DNA from: Epiperipatus broadwayi
Taxonomy: Eukaryota > Animalia > Onychophora
Assembly (NCBI GenBank): GCA_028023455.1
Contig: JAQFVV010000009.1
Span: 15,376,001 to 15,440,000 of the forward strand
Length of the DNA stretch: 64,000 nucleotides
Direction of reading: 5' to 3'
Shown one piece after another: positions 13,520-26,667 of the stretch. The notes beneath the pieces are model-generated. The model was given only the letters and a program-made list of their open reading frames with translations. It had not been told where the DNA came from and did not search any database. Position 1 is the first letter of the stretch; each line of letters begins with the position of its first letter. Both the position numbers and the translations under genes were made by a program.

Positions 13520-13627
13520 CTTGCGTTGTTAGCCGAGAGGTATCGCAGCCGCCATGCAAGCAAGTAGTTGGTTGCAGACGGTTGTGGGTTCGTGTCCCGG
13601 CCGATGCTATGACATATGAAAAAAAAC
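13520..13627 (+). mobile_element. tRNA-derived SINE, full length, poly(A) tail
   Basis: A-box TAGCCGAGAGG, B-box GGTTCGTGTCC and an A-tail. Perfect 15-bp TSD AAAACTGTAAGCTGT at 13505-13519 and 13628-13642. Confidence 0.9.
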
Positions 13628-15790
13628 AAAACTGTAAGCTGTTATAACAAAAAAAAGTAGATCAGTTAATTATCATGCAAACAAGCCACTTTAGTTGGAC
13701 TTCCAACTAAAATCAAACCTATAAGAACTATAATGTGAATTAGCCAAAACCAAATGATTTTAACTAATTACAAAAACAAATAAAACAGCTGATTACTCAG
13801 ATTGAAGATCCTTTCGTAGAATCAATTCCCTATGGCTTACGTATTAGATAGGCAAAAGAAAAACAAAACAATGTCGGGTTAATAAATATCCGAATGCAAA
13901 GGAAAGAAGAAAACGTAGGTAGGAACATACGAGCCGGATTACGGACACATATGCCTATTCCAACGAAGAATAAAAAGAAAAATCGATACATCCACATTTT
14001 GTGTCCATATACCGATAGGAGATAGGATTTATGGAGAGTCAACGTGCCTGCCTCTACAGATACCATGCAGGCTAACCCACTCTATCTCAGCCACGCTATC
14101 CAATTCAACAGACATTTGCGAAACCGGAAGCTAACTCCGCACCACCAAATCAATGACCATTTTAGGTCTATCCATGATACTCCCAAGCATTCTTTATTAA
14201 CCCGAAATATTATAATCATTAAATACGAACGGATTATAATTAAATAGCCTTAAAATGATCTAATACTGCATAGAGACCAACCTGCATAAACAACTACTTT
14301 ATGTAAATATTTAACCTAAAAAAAAAAACATACATATAGAAATAAGGAAATTTATTTCTTGAATAAATCCCCCCTTCCCTCTTTCCTAACTTAAAAAAAA
14401 AGGCATGATAATTAACTGACACTATCCACCGGCACTGTTACTAGGTCAAAATCTATAGCATATTACTTTTGTTTTAAATTGCAGAAATATAAAATAATAG
14501 AATCCCATTCCGGGAAATCTATAATAAAAACTGTTTAAAGAAATACAGTATGCTTATTTTGAAATATATATATATTCGACAAAACTTCACTTGTGAAATA
14601 AAAATAGATCAAAATTATTTTATTTTAAAATTAAATCGTTCTTTCTAAAACTCCCTCTAGTAAAACATAATTTGCTCTCTTAGCAAATTACTCTGAGCCC
14701 CCGCGAGTGAAGTTTGTCGAAATAATAAAAAAAATCAATGCATGAAATCTCACGCTAAAATTACTATAAATCAAATAAATAAATTCATATTTAAATAATT
14801 AAATATATTAAAATTTGAAAATTATGGTGAGCTTGAGCTAATGAAAGATTATTATAATTTAAAAGAAAAGGTTAAAGAGACAGTTAAAAGGTTTTCAATA
14901 AACAATAACTTTATATATTTTAATGCTTTAAAAATTATATTTACATTCTAGTAATAACCTTGTAAAATCTGGATGACTATTTTGGTGCTCCCTGGGATGA
15001 GTTCTGTGGGCGAACATTGATGGCTTGTGGCATTTGAGGGCATGGTTCTAGCAGCAGTATCTTAGGTTTCACATCTCAGAAGGGAAATGGGCAGTGAATT
15101 TTCCTTTCTACTACTCACTCGTCATGGCATGGAGACGTCTACAACTTTCTTTCTGTCTTTTTTCTCCTTTCTTCTGTTCTAAAAAGCACTATTATTTATA
15201 ACTTCTTAATCGTATACTATTTCTCTGCTGCCTCAGATGATTTGCATTTTTAGAAACAATAGAAATCATTCTTTTATTCTAATTTTAGAAAGTTTGTACC
15301 TTGATAAGGATCAATAGATTTTAGTATAATTTTATGTTCATTTTTTAATTTAGATAACGGTGTAGAATCTCTACTAATTAATTAATAGAGATTCCACAGT
15401 AAAATGGATTTTTGTAATTTCTAAGTGTTTTTAATTTAAACATTTATTTTAAACTTCTTATTGAGGTACAAATCTTCCAGAAAAGGCCATCTTGGATTCT
15501 TATACTGAAAAAATAAAACATTTTAAACATATATATATATAAAAAATTCAAAGTTACTTATTTGAATTTTTTTTTTCTTTTAATAATATAAATAGAATAA
15601 TGGTGTGTTAGTACAATTATCTATATGATCCAAAATAAATTTTAGGATTTATTCAGGATAGTTAAAAAAAATATTAAAAAATGTTTTTTTTTAGAATAAT
15701 AAAAAAAAAAAATGTTAGTAAAATAAATGATTAGGTGGGTCAGACTGTGAAACGGCAAATCTGAATCAGATTTACCATTTCAATATAAAC

Positions 15791-18509
15791 CAGTGCTGGT
15801 GAACCTTTTTACATATGCGCGCCAAAAATTTCCAAAAAATATTTATTGAATTATTGGTTGCCACACAGCTATTGAATCAAAATATAAATAACTTAATTAT
15901 TGCAGTTTTTTTAAAGTTTATAAAACAAAATAATAATAATAACAATAATAATTAAATAAAATTTCTAAATAAGCTAAATACAAGTAAACGATATTTATTT
16001 AGAAGAGCATGAATTGAATAAAATGTAATAATAACAAATTAATAGTAATTAAAACAAAATTTTGGAAATAAACATATAAAATCAACATAAATAGATATTA
16101 TTTAATGAGACTTTTGCTGTTGTACATTGGATGCCAAATATTTTATATCTGGTTCATATTTTGTCATTTTTATTAATGTTCATGCTGAACTAGATTCACC
16201 TATCATTCCTATTTCTCGAGCTGTCTTTAATTATATTTTTTTCTGATTACAATGATTCACATGCATATGTAGAGGGAAAAAATGATAATATAGCCACGTT
16301 TCAGGAATAGCATTCCAGGCAGTCAATGGTTCCTCTTCAGTATTCTTTTTACATATACCCAGTAATCGATCATTTCCCATTGTTTCTAACTCATTCCTCA
16401 AAACAGCAAATTTCTGTTTCCATATAGAACTGGATTAAAAATTGACTGATTGTATTTCCATACCTGTCAAATTAAGCCACTCAAAAATTTCTAACTTGAG
16501 ATTATCCATTGATATTATGTCTGGGTATAAAATAAATTATGATATTTCTCAAAATTGTCTGAACTGTGTAAATATTAAAGAAAATTCATCAATTATTGAT
16601 TGAATAACAGCACAAAAGCCTTGCATCAATTTTATTTGATTTGGTTTCTCATGAGATTCTAAATTAGTCAAGAACTTTTTTAGATTTGGGAAATATTTGA
16701 AGGTGTAAAAAATAACAACATAGTTGAAAATCTGTAATTTAACTTCAAATGCTTTGATCAAATCAAACATGACAACAACTGTCCTATTATAACCTTGCAG
16801 TTTCACATTTAATTCATTTAGATGTGAACACATATCAGTAAAAAACATTAATTTTGAAAGCCATTTAACATCCATTATTTCATTATATTTTTCAATGATT
16901 TTCTCATTACACAAAAACAGTCTAATTTCTTTTAAACAATCAACGAATCTTTGAAAAACTTTTCCTCAAATTAACCATCGGACATTGTTGTACGTAAGTA
17001 AACCATAATATACTAAATTTGCCTCACTCTATGTATAGATATAAAATTGATTAACTTGGTCACAACATTCATAACATCATTCAGTGTCTTAAAACTGCCA
17101 TCGTGCATAAACCCTGCTGATGTATAATGCAATGAAAACCCAAAATTGAATGTTCATTACAATTGGTAAATAAACTGAGAAAACTATTTTCTTTTCCAGT
17201 CATAAGCATTATCTGTAGTTACTGATACAATTTTGTCAACATTTAAGTTGTAAATATCTATTCCTTTCGTTGTTGTTACTAAAGAGGTTAAACTTATCAA
17301 TTCCTCTTTGATATTATTCCCAATACAATAGCAAATAAAAATAGCCAAACGAGCTGATCCATTTATGTCTGTACTTTCATCAAGGCAGAGAGAAATTAAA
17401 CTAGAAGATTTTATATCTCTTTTTTGTTGATAAGTTATGTTGTTAGCCATTTGTAGGATTTTTTTTAAACTGTATTTCTAGCCAATGATACATCTTTTAT
17501 GCCCTGAATAATTTTTGCTTTGTTTTCAAAATCTTCAAAAAGAACTGGTGCACATTTTATCCAAGCTTCTTTCATATATTCTCCATCATTAAAAGGTTTC
17601 CCATGTTTGACAATTATATTTGAAATAAAAAAAAACTAGCAGCAGTTATATTTGAATGATTTTCTATAAATTTCATTATAGATGTTGATTAAATATTTAT
17701 ATTTTTAAATGCTTGGGCAATATATTATTTTTGTTCACCTTTATTTTTTTCACAGAGCAATTTATGATTGGTCTCATAATGCCATTTTATCGGTGATGTT
17801 CTCAATACAACTATTCCAGAATATAAACACATACTACCCTGGTGCCTTCATTAATCATTCCATACTCACCAATCCACCAATTTTGAAATTCTCTACTACT
17901 TGATAATTTTTGTTTTTTATTTTCACTATTCATATTAATATAATGATAACAAATTTATTTAAAAGTAAATTTAAATGAGCTTTAATAATTTTATAAATCA
18001 AAGATTTACCATTTTACTTTTATAGCAAAACTTCAAGAAAAAAAAAGTCATTTGATAGTGTTGATTATGCATTTTGTTCCTTTGTTCGTGATTTTGATTA
18101 CATTAAAAAAATGAATGGCGTCAACACGTGTAAGTGAAAAAAAAAATAGGACAGAAAACCATTTGATTATTTTTATATTAGATTTGAAAAAATTTATTTC
18201 AAAGAGTTATAAAATATTTTACTGAGTTTACTTTCTAGTTTTATTGGAATCATTTGACAGTTTTATAGAATGTAATATCACTGTATAACGGAATCACTTT
18301 ATTTGACTTAAAATATCATAATTTATTGCTACTAATCAGAGTTCAATTGTAAATTGAATTCTAATATATATTTATTTATTTTACCTAGTAAAGATTTTAA
18401 CAACAACAAAAAATATTGAAGAAAATTATGATATATGAATAGTTTGCATGCCAGTAAAAAATTCAAATGTGCCATCTCTGGCAAGCGTGCCATAGGTTTG
18501 CCATCACTG
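15791..18509 (-). mobile_element. hAT DNA transposon (Buster/Charlie, GTF2IRD2-like transposase), near full length, inactive
   Basis: TIRs CAGTGCTGGTGAACCT / AGGTTTGCCATCACTG, related 8-bp flanks ATATAAAC / ATAAAGAC, and an internal transposase relic. Confidence 0.9.
16102..17933 (-). pseudogene. Disrupted hAT transposase (~610 codons)
   Basis: The N-terminus reads MNSENKKQKLSSSREFQNWW..., followed by SLCLDESTD (first D), SVTTDNA (second D), KWLSKLMFFTDMCSHLNELNVKLQG and FPSTYACES (E). It ends QQQKSH*. There are multiple stops and frameshifts. Confidence 0.88.
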
Positions 18510-18517
18510 ATAAAGAC

Positions 18518-20419
18518 CAGTGTTTCCCAAAGTGGACAATATTGCCCCCCAGTGGGTGGTGAAGATTTCTAGGGAACAATAGTGGATTCATAAACATGGG
18601 GGAGGGGGCATTCAGGTGGTCTAGCCTTTTCTCCAGATGCTCTCAAACCACTAATTTTTATGTTATTTTGCCGAATTTTATGGTTATTTTATAAATTGTT
18701 TTTGTGCAAGAATATATATAAAAAGGGGGATAATCAGAGTAATTGTAAATGTTTTGCACAATTTATGATGGTGTTTTTTTCTCTATTAACTAGTTAAAAG
18801 GAATGCAGTTTATTATTGTATGACTAATTTTAAATTTTATTAATAGATAGAAGTGGTCATCCTATGCATTATACTTTTTGTTAAAAAGATAAAGTAATTT
18901 ACGGCCAATATCAGTTGAGAGAATCTAAAAATTTGTCATATCTCAGATTTTTTTGTTTTGAATCTTTTGTATAGATGGAAAAAGCTATTTCCATTGCATT
19001 AAAATTAGAAACTATGTGTAAAATGGAACTCCTTGAGAAATTAAGAGTCTGAGTGGAAAATGAAAGAGAAAAATAAAAAGATGTATGATCAGTTATCCAA
19101 GAAATTGGAGATAATAGCTTCAATAGTGAAAGAGGGGTACTCAATTTGTATTGCTATGGGTGTGCTATAAAAGGTTTTCAGCAGGTGATGGGGGAGGGTC
19201 TCTTCTGAGTTTATTGTTTTCTTTGCTATGTTTTGTTTGCTGGTCAGTTAAGGGTTTCCTGAACAGAATTGTAAAGCAGTGAACTTTATGAAAGAAGACA
19301 GAGCTGAGCCTCATTTCAAATTATAGTCTGTCCAGAATTGCATGATCGACTCTTGGTTAGCTGCTGTCATTATTATAAAGATTTCTAGAGAGAGCTGAGA
19401 AATATAAAAATGCCTAAATTTTATTATTAAAATGCTAATGAAGTAAATTCCCAATGTTAGTATACAAGCCAGACTCCTATGCTGCTGTCATGCAGCCACA
19501 GATGACAGATGATGATAATGAACACCTTAATACCTACATTTATTTTGCTACGAAGAAGGGAAGCCCTTACTACATTGTTGTCATGATTTATAGTGCACTT
19601 AAAAGTTACCAAGTCCGGATATGGTTAATGGAAAGAAACCAGAAGAAAGCCAGATGGTATAATTTTTTTTTAGCATTATGTCTTGTTGCTATAAATTTTA
19701 TTGTATTTTTTTTATTTATTTTTTTTTGTTTCTCTATAAATTATTATTGGATTTTCCTACTTTAAAACAGTTCTACCAAATTAATTTCTGGAATGTTTGT
19801 GTGTATGTGGAGGTGTAGATATATATATATTTGTTTGTTATTGTTTGCTTTTAACACACTGTTCTATTTGAGAAAAGAAAAACTTACTTTGCATGAAATT
19901 ATTATTATTATTTTTGTAATCTCTGTATGTGATTATTGAAAATGTATTGACATGCTGATGTGTTTTTTTGTTTGTTTTGTTGGATTTCCTTTTTGAAAGT
20001 ATTTTTTTCTTCTCGAAAGTGAGGTTTAGGTTCAGCCTTATCGCCTAAAACTTCATGGTATCAATTAACAGGGTATTAGAGTTTTGGATAGAGAGAAATC
20101 AGGAAATATAATCGATTTTGGTTTGATTTCACTCATTTAAACTTAAATTTAATAACTTAAATTTTTTTTTTCTTGTTAGTGATATTGAATTTATGTTGAT
20201 GCCTTATTCTGATGTATGACATTGACATCATGTTATAACTTGTGTGCATCATATGAATTATGGGGTAGGCATCATTGTGATACAGTATCATTAGTTCCTA
20301 TTTACGTCATAAATATCAACAGATTGAACACGGAAAACTGTTATACTTAGGGGGGGGGGCATTAAAAAATTTAGGTCTTGCAAAGAGGGCAGTGGCCTGA
20401 AAAAGTTTGGGAACCTATG
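18518..20419. mobile_element. Second hAT-type non-autonomous element (~1.9 kb) abutting the first
   Basis: The left end is CAGTGTTTCCCAAAG and the right end is TTTGGGAACCTATG. Flanks are ATAAAGAC / ATATAGAA. I recognised no transposase inside. Confidence 0.6.
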
Positions 20420-21038
20420 ATATAGAATAAAGATTAAACTAGATATAATATTTCTTTAAGTAATCATATCCAGAAAAAGGAAAAAGAATTTCATTTTAAA
20501 GTGCTTGAAATGAAAAATGGCTCATAAAATAAAATAAGTCTTGAAAAGAAAAAGTTTGGGAAATAAATTTGTTTTTAATATATTGAAAGAAAGAAAAAAG
20601 TTTATTTTGTCTATAGAAGTTTAACTGTGTTAATGAAATATAGTAATTAATGAAATATAAACGATTACTAAAATACAAAAAATTATATTAGATGAAAGTA
20701 ACTTTTGGCTCATAGTGGTAATAACATCTCAGTTTGATCCAAAAGACTTCTTTTAAGAGTAAACACTTTTAGTCTGAACTTCATTGTGCTGAATGCAATT
20801 GTATGCACAAATCAACTATCTTATATATATATATAGTACTATTACACAGTAGTTGCAATCATATAATCAAATATTTTATGCATATGCTATCATAAATTAT
20901 GACTATGGCTAATTTCTGGTTACCCATCCAGAATAATTCCATTAATGTGATTGGTTAAACTCATTAGCATAGTTTATCAAACTCATAATTAAACAGTAAT
21001 AATTAGGAAAAAAATACATTCATTTTAAAAGATAATTA

Positions 21039-22224
21039 CCATATTACTTCAAATATAAGGCATCCCTGAATATAAGATGCAGTAAGATTTTAAGCCCGAA
21101 AAATTGGAAAAAAAGATATCTTTCAAATTTAAGACGCATATATGTACTTAAATGGGAAACTAATATAAATACAATAAACTCACCTAATTTAATGCAAATC
21201 TTCTTTAGATATATGATACTTTCACTTGCTATGTCTTCACTTTCAGAACTTGAATTCTCATTTTCACAATTCCATCAGTACATTATCTTTAGGCCATTTA
21301 AATTGCAGTCAAACATTATAATTTCTTTGTCAATTTGCTTTTGTGTATCATTCTTTTAAAATAATTTATATTTTTACAAATATTTTCTAAAAAAAATGTA
21401 AAATGTATAAAAAAAAGATTCAAAAACATTTGTTTTCACTTTGAAATTCAAAACAAAACATCGGAATTGTCAACATCGGCAAAATAACATTAACAGATTC
21501 TAAAAACATTTGTTTTCATTTTAAAAATCAAAAGGAAGTTAGCAGAACTGTCAAAATTTTGACAGGCATTCTCTTGTGAAAAAGAACAGCAATCAACCAA
21601 TCAGCACTTTGGAAGCCATGCTCTTATTTCATTGTTACACTGATTTGTTATAAAACTATTCTAATGGTTATTCGGTAAAGTTTTCTCGATAAAATAGTGA
21701 TAAAAATCAGCAAAATAATGTTAAAAGATTTTAAAACATTAGTTTTCACTTTAAAAATCAAAACAAAAATATTGGAATTGTCAACATTGGCAAAATAATG
21801 TTAAAAGATTCTAAAACATTCATTTTCATTTTAAAAATCAAAATGAAAACATCGGAATTGTCAAAATTTTGGCAGGCACTCTCTTGTGTAGAGAATGACT
21901 TTGGAAGGCAGACTCTTATCCCATTGTTATCTTGATTTGTTAGCTGTAAAAATATTCTAAAGGTTATTCGATAAATTTTTCGCAATAAAATACCGATAAA
22001 ATTGGCAAAAAAACTTTAAAAATAATGGTTTGAGAAAGACATGAATTTAAAAAATATTGTTTAAAAAAGATTTAACATACCATTCTACCCAGGAAATAAT
22101 CATAATACTATGCATGCATAGCATAAAGTAAAGATGTACAAATTGTCACTTCGAATTTAGTATGCACCCCTATTTTAGGAATCCAAAATTTGGAAAAAAC
22201 GTGTCTTATATTTGAGTAATATGG
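21039..22224 (-). mobile_element. pogo/Tigger-type non-autonomous element with internal repeats
   Basis: Ends are TA|CCATATTACTTCAAATATAAGGCA and GTGTCTTATATTTGAGTAATATGG. An acidic transposase-tail-like stretch (ENENSSSESED) lies on minus at ~21230-21270. There is an internal ~310-bp duplication with ~78-bp subunits (21410-21580, 21720-21890). Confidence 0.68.
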
Positions 22225-22954
22225 AATCTTTTTCTAAGACTTCATTCACTATCCTTAAACTAGTAGTCCCACATTTGAAGTTAATATTTTTAATTAGTCT
22301 GTATTTGTATATATATAATTATAAATTGTTAAAGAGTGAGACTAAAGTTTTTTACTTGTCCCTGATATTTTTTCAACGTATTATCAAAATATTTAAACTT
22401 GCTTTCACTCATTGACTGAATTTTATAAATCATAGGATAACAATTCTTAATAATTGAAGAGTAATTTCAGTTTAAAGTGTGTGTATGTATATATAAATTA
22501 ATATACAAATTAAAAATTGAGATGCTTGAATTTACCCTTCATAAAACATTTAAAAATATGTAATAATTCTTATCATTAACTGGATGTTTTCACTACTTCT
22601 CAAATTGACACAAATTAAATAATCAACTTTGAATCAAGTAACCATATTATATTTAGTGAAATATCTAAGAATATAATAAATAAATACTAATTTTTTTTTT
22701 TTTTTTTAAAGCAGTAATTGAAATAAAAGTAAATGCTTAAAAGAAAATCATTAATTTAAGAAGTTCATCAATTTCTCAAATATCTTTCACTCTAAAAAAA
22801 TTGATTTTATTTCTGATAGCATATTTATAATAATAATTGCAATTATTACATCTGCAAAAACATTATAAATTATAGATTCTCAAATAAAATTAAAAAAAAT
22901 CTTTGAATGATTTTTTTGTCAAACTTATTGTTTCAAAAATACTAAACACTTCAG

Positions 22955-23410
22955 CTTCACCTATTTATATAGAAAGTAGGTTGAAGTAAAGAAGGGTTCC
23001 CCTCTTTTCTTCCAATGTGTAAGCTTGTGGTTAAGACCTGTAGAAGTCCCTACCTTCACATTTTCAACCACACATGCTTTAGGTTTATTGCCTTAGTAAA
23101 TATTACTTACATAATCAATGTGTGTTAAATAAATTTATAATTACAACTTTAAATTATCGCAATAGATTTCTAACTATAATATCTTTCCATTGACTCATTG
23201 TAAATCGAAAGATTTTGCTAGTACTAATGTATAATAGGAATTGTGGACTTAATCAGTGAAGTATTGAATAGCTTCATGCTCTCAGATCTAACCGCTTCAG
23301 CTTCACCTATTTATATAGAAAGTAGGTTAAACATAAGCTTGTGGTTAAGACCTATAGAGGTACCTACCTTCACATTTTCAACCGCACATGCTTTAGGTTT
23401 ATTGCCTTAG
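22955..23410. mobile_element. ~460-bp insertion with terminal direct repeats and long TSD
   Basis: Repeats of ~150 bp and ~120 bp (22951-23104, 23296-23418) surround a ~190-bp core. AAATA(C/T)TAAACACTTCA flanks it at 22938-22954 and 23411-23427. Confidence 0.68.
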
Positions 23411-25657
23411 TAAATATTAAACACTTCATTGTTTTCTATAAAACATCATCATAAATTTTTTTGAAAAGTTACCTAAAATAAAATTAAAATAATAATAATA
23501 GTATATGCTGTGAAATCATTAAGAGTGCTCACCAGATATTCACAATTCTGCATCAAATAACTTTGATAAATACTGAATTCAGACAAACTATAATGCTATT
23601 TCAGTAACCATGCAAGCTCAGATGTTATATTGTCTCACAGACATATGATATTGAATAATGATGAGATATTACTATTAATTTTAAGAAAACTTATTAATAC
23701 ATTTTTTTTCTAGATAAAGATTGTTTAAATTATTCATGATTTCAAAAATATACTAAGCTAATGAGTATCTGTTTTAAATAAAATAATGAATTTTAAATTA
23801 CTTTTAACATGTTTAATAATAAAACATGATTTATACATTTTGTTAATATCATCAGCATCTACTCACAATTGAAATATGGTCATTGCAACTCCAAAAAGAG
23901 AAAAATAATAATTGAAAAATAAAAATGTAATACACTAGAAATGAATTTTAATGTGACTATACAAACAAATCTGTGAATCACAAATATGGCCATTTATAAA
24001 ATGTGCTTCTGTTTATTTGATATTTTGTGATGCTAAGTTTAAACTTCTACAAGAAACATATTTCTGAAAAATTTCAACAAATTGTAATTCCCCATTGAAT
24101 TCTATCTTTGATCATACTTTTGCAATGAAAGTTATCAAAATTGCATCTCTCAGAGTACCCATTAGATAATCATTATAAACAGAATCTGTCTCTCCCATGA
24201 AAATTATACTCAAACATATCTTTTTTTTTTTTTAGGAAATCTGTTATTATTTATTCATTTCATATATCCAATCCAATGAAGTTGTAATTTTTTCATATGT
24301 TGCATTGATAAACAACAAAAGTATGATTTCCATGTATATACAATTAATTTACTTATAGTAATTAGTTATGACCCTGCAATGAAATAACATTCTTTTAACT
24401 TATTAAAACTAGCAGTAGCTCCCTGAAGTGTGTGTTTCATCTCAACATTCTATGTTTACTTTTCTGATAAAAGTTTTCTAAGATATTCAAATTGGCTCAT
24501 ATTTTCCTTCCATTGTTGACTGACGAAAATGTAAGCTTTCTAAACATTAATTAGTGAACAAAAGTTTTTATACCTGCATTCAATACATTTAAAGTACATT
24601 CTGTTAAATGATCTTTTAAATGGTTAAGGATGATATAATCATCATTACACTGTAAATTCAAAGGCTAAGAAGATGATGTTTTTGTTTTTAATCGATTTAA
24701 ACTAAAATTTTCACCAATCAAGCTTTATCATATCTTGTTTTCTGAAACTGCCTATACATAATTCTAAAGATTACCGGTATAAAGAGTGAAAATAAAAATA
24801 AATTTGTATCACGTTTTATATATATTAATACAATAAAACATTTAATTTAGAGAAAAGGGGAAGCTCCAATTATGCAGCAATTTGAATCATCCAACATGTT
24901 CTATTCAAAATCAAAAGTTACTGAGGGGGGTGGGGTGAATTAAATAAAATATAAAATAAATTAATAAAATAATAGTAATTTCTTTTTTTTAATTTTATTT
25001 ATGAAAAATAATCTCATTTGGTCTTTAGCATATTTATCCATAAATTTGCCAATTATTCATTCAGAATCATAAAAGTCATACCGAATTTGACTTTTTATCA
25101 AATTAATTTTCAATATTTAGAAATTGTAATGATAAAAAAGCCCTTTCTTGACTTTTGCTATCTTATTAATCTGACATTTAAAACAAAAGATTTTAATAGA
25201 ATTTCACAAATAGACTCAAATCTGACTTATAATCTTGATTATTAAAGTTCTTATGGTTTGCAAAAAAACCTTAAACACGTTTTGTAAATTTGGCACTAAC
25301 TTCAAAAGTATTTTCAGTTTATGAAATGTCAAAGACTTTCCTCTTTCATTTATTTCATACCGCTGCAAGCTAATATACAAACTCCATAAGCGTATTTATT
25401 TGAATAAATAATTAAGCAAGTCTAATTTATACATTTTTTCGTCGGCCAAAAAGTGAGAAAATACATTTATTTTTTTAATAAATATATTAATAGTATACTT
25501 TGTAATAACTGAAACACATAAGCTTATTAAATACCTGTGTCTATATATGTAATATATAGGGTATATGAGCACAGACTTTCGCACGACCCACCACTCCCCA
25601 CTCTAGCTCATAACCCTGATACACTTGAACACATATATGTCGAAAAAATAAATAATC

Positions 25658-25701
25658 ACCAATATCCGTATTTCATGCTAAACCAGCAATCATCAGTTGG
25701 T
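25658..25701 (-). ncRNA. Minimal type-I hammerhead ribozyme motif, copy 1
   Basis: Reads ACCAA CUGAUGA UUGCU GGUUU AGCAU GAAAUACGGAU A|UUGGU. Stem I is 5 bp, stem II is UGCU/AGCA, stem III is short, and the cleavage site is UA. Confidence 0.75.
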
Positions 25702-26130
25702 CCAGATTACCATCTCTACACATACATGTTACAAGTGTTCAGATATATATTAAGATAGCCAATCCCCATACTTTAATGGACAGGCTTCGATCTACTCCAC
25801 ACTCCAACTCTTCAACCGTCCATCCAATTAAAAATCTGATGATGGAATGCTCAGAGGCCACCCTGAGGCCGAGATTCTTGTCACATCCATGTTGACCTAA
25901 GGTCAATGTGACCCCTCATTTACAGGACCTAATCCATTTAATACATATACAAAGGATGGGCAGACATCTCGACTATGTAATAACTGAAACACACAGGCTT
26001 ATTATATATGTGTCTATATATGTAATATAAAGGGTATATAAGCACAGACTTTCACACGACCCACCACTCTTAACTCAATCCCATAACACTGATACATTTG
26101 AACACATATAGGTCGAAAAGATAAATAATC

Positions 26131-26174
26131 ACCAATAAACGTATTTCATGCTAAACCAGCAATCATCAGTTGGT
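26131..26174 (-). ncRNA. Minimal type-I hammerhead ribozyme motif, copy 2
   Basis: Reads ACCAA CUGAUGA UUGCU GGUUU AGCAU GAAAUACGUUU A|UUGGU, 473 nt from copy 1. Confidence 0.72.
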
Positions 26175-26623
26175 CCAGATTAGCATGAAATAAGTATATT
26201 GGTGATTATTTATTTTTTTTGACATATATGTGTTCAAGTGTATCAGTGTCATGAGATACAGTGGAGAGTCTGTGCTCATATACCCTATATATTATGTATA
26301 TAGACACCGGTATATAATAAGCCTGTGTGCTTCAGTTATTAATTAATAGAGATATCTGCCCATCCCTTGTATATATATATTAAATGGATTACATCCTGTA
26401 CATGAGGGGTCAGACTGACCTTAGATCAACATGGGTGTGACAAGAATCTCAGCCTCAGGGTGGCTGGCCTCTGAGCATTCCATATTCAGATTTTCAATTG
26501 GATGGATGGTTGAAGAGTTGGAGTGTGGAGTAGTTTGAAGCCTGTCCATTAAAGTATGAGGATCGGCCATCTTAATATATATCTGAGCACTTGTAACATG
26601 TATGTGTAGAGATGGTAATCTGG

Positions 26624-26667
26624 ACCAACTGATGATTTCTGGTTTAGCATGAAATATGTATATTGGT
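26624..26667 (+). ncRNA. Minimal type-I hammerhead ribozyme motif, copy on opposite strand
   Basis: Reads ACCAA CUGAUGA UUUCU GGUUU AGCAU GAAAUAUGUAU A|UUGGU, with one stem-II mismatch. A 3'-half-only copy lies at 26181-26203. Confidence 0.68.

Noticed and set aside
13520-13627. Functional tRNA gene
   Set aside because: There is no proper acceptor stem, and the poly(A) tail, TSD and multiple diverged copies indicate a SINE.
25836-25885. Possible second, opposite-polarity HHR within the 475-bp unit (CTGATGA...GGCC ACCCTGA GGCC GAGA)
   Set aside because: CTGATGA is CTGAATA in the other copy, GAAA is absent and the spacing is wrong.
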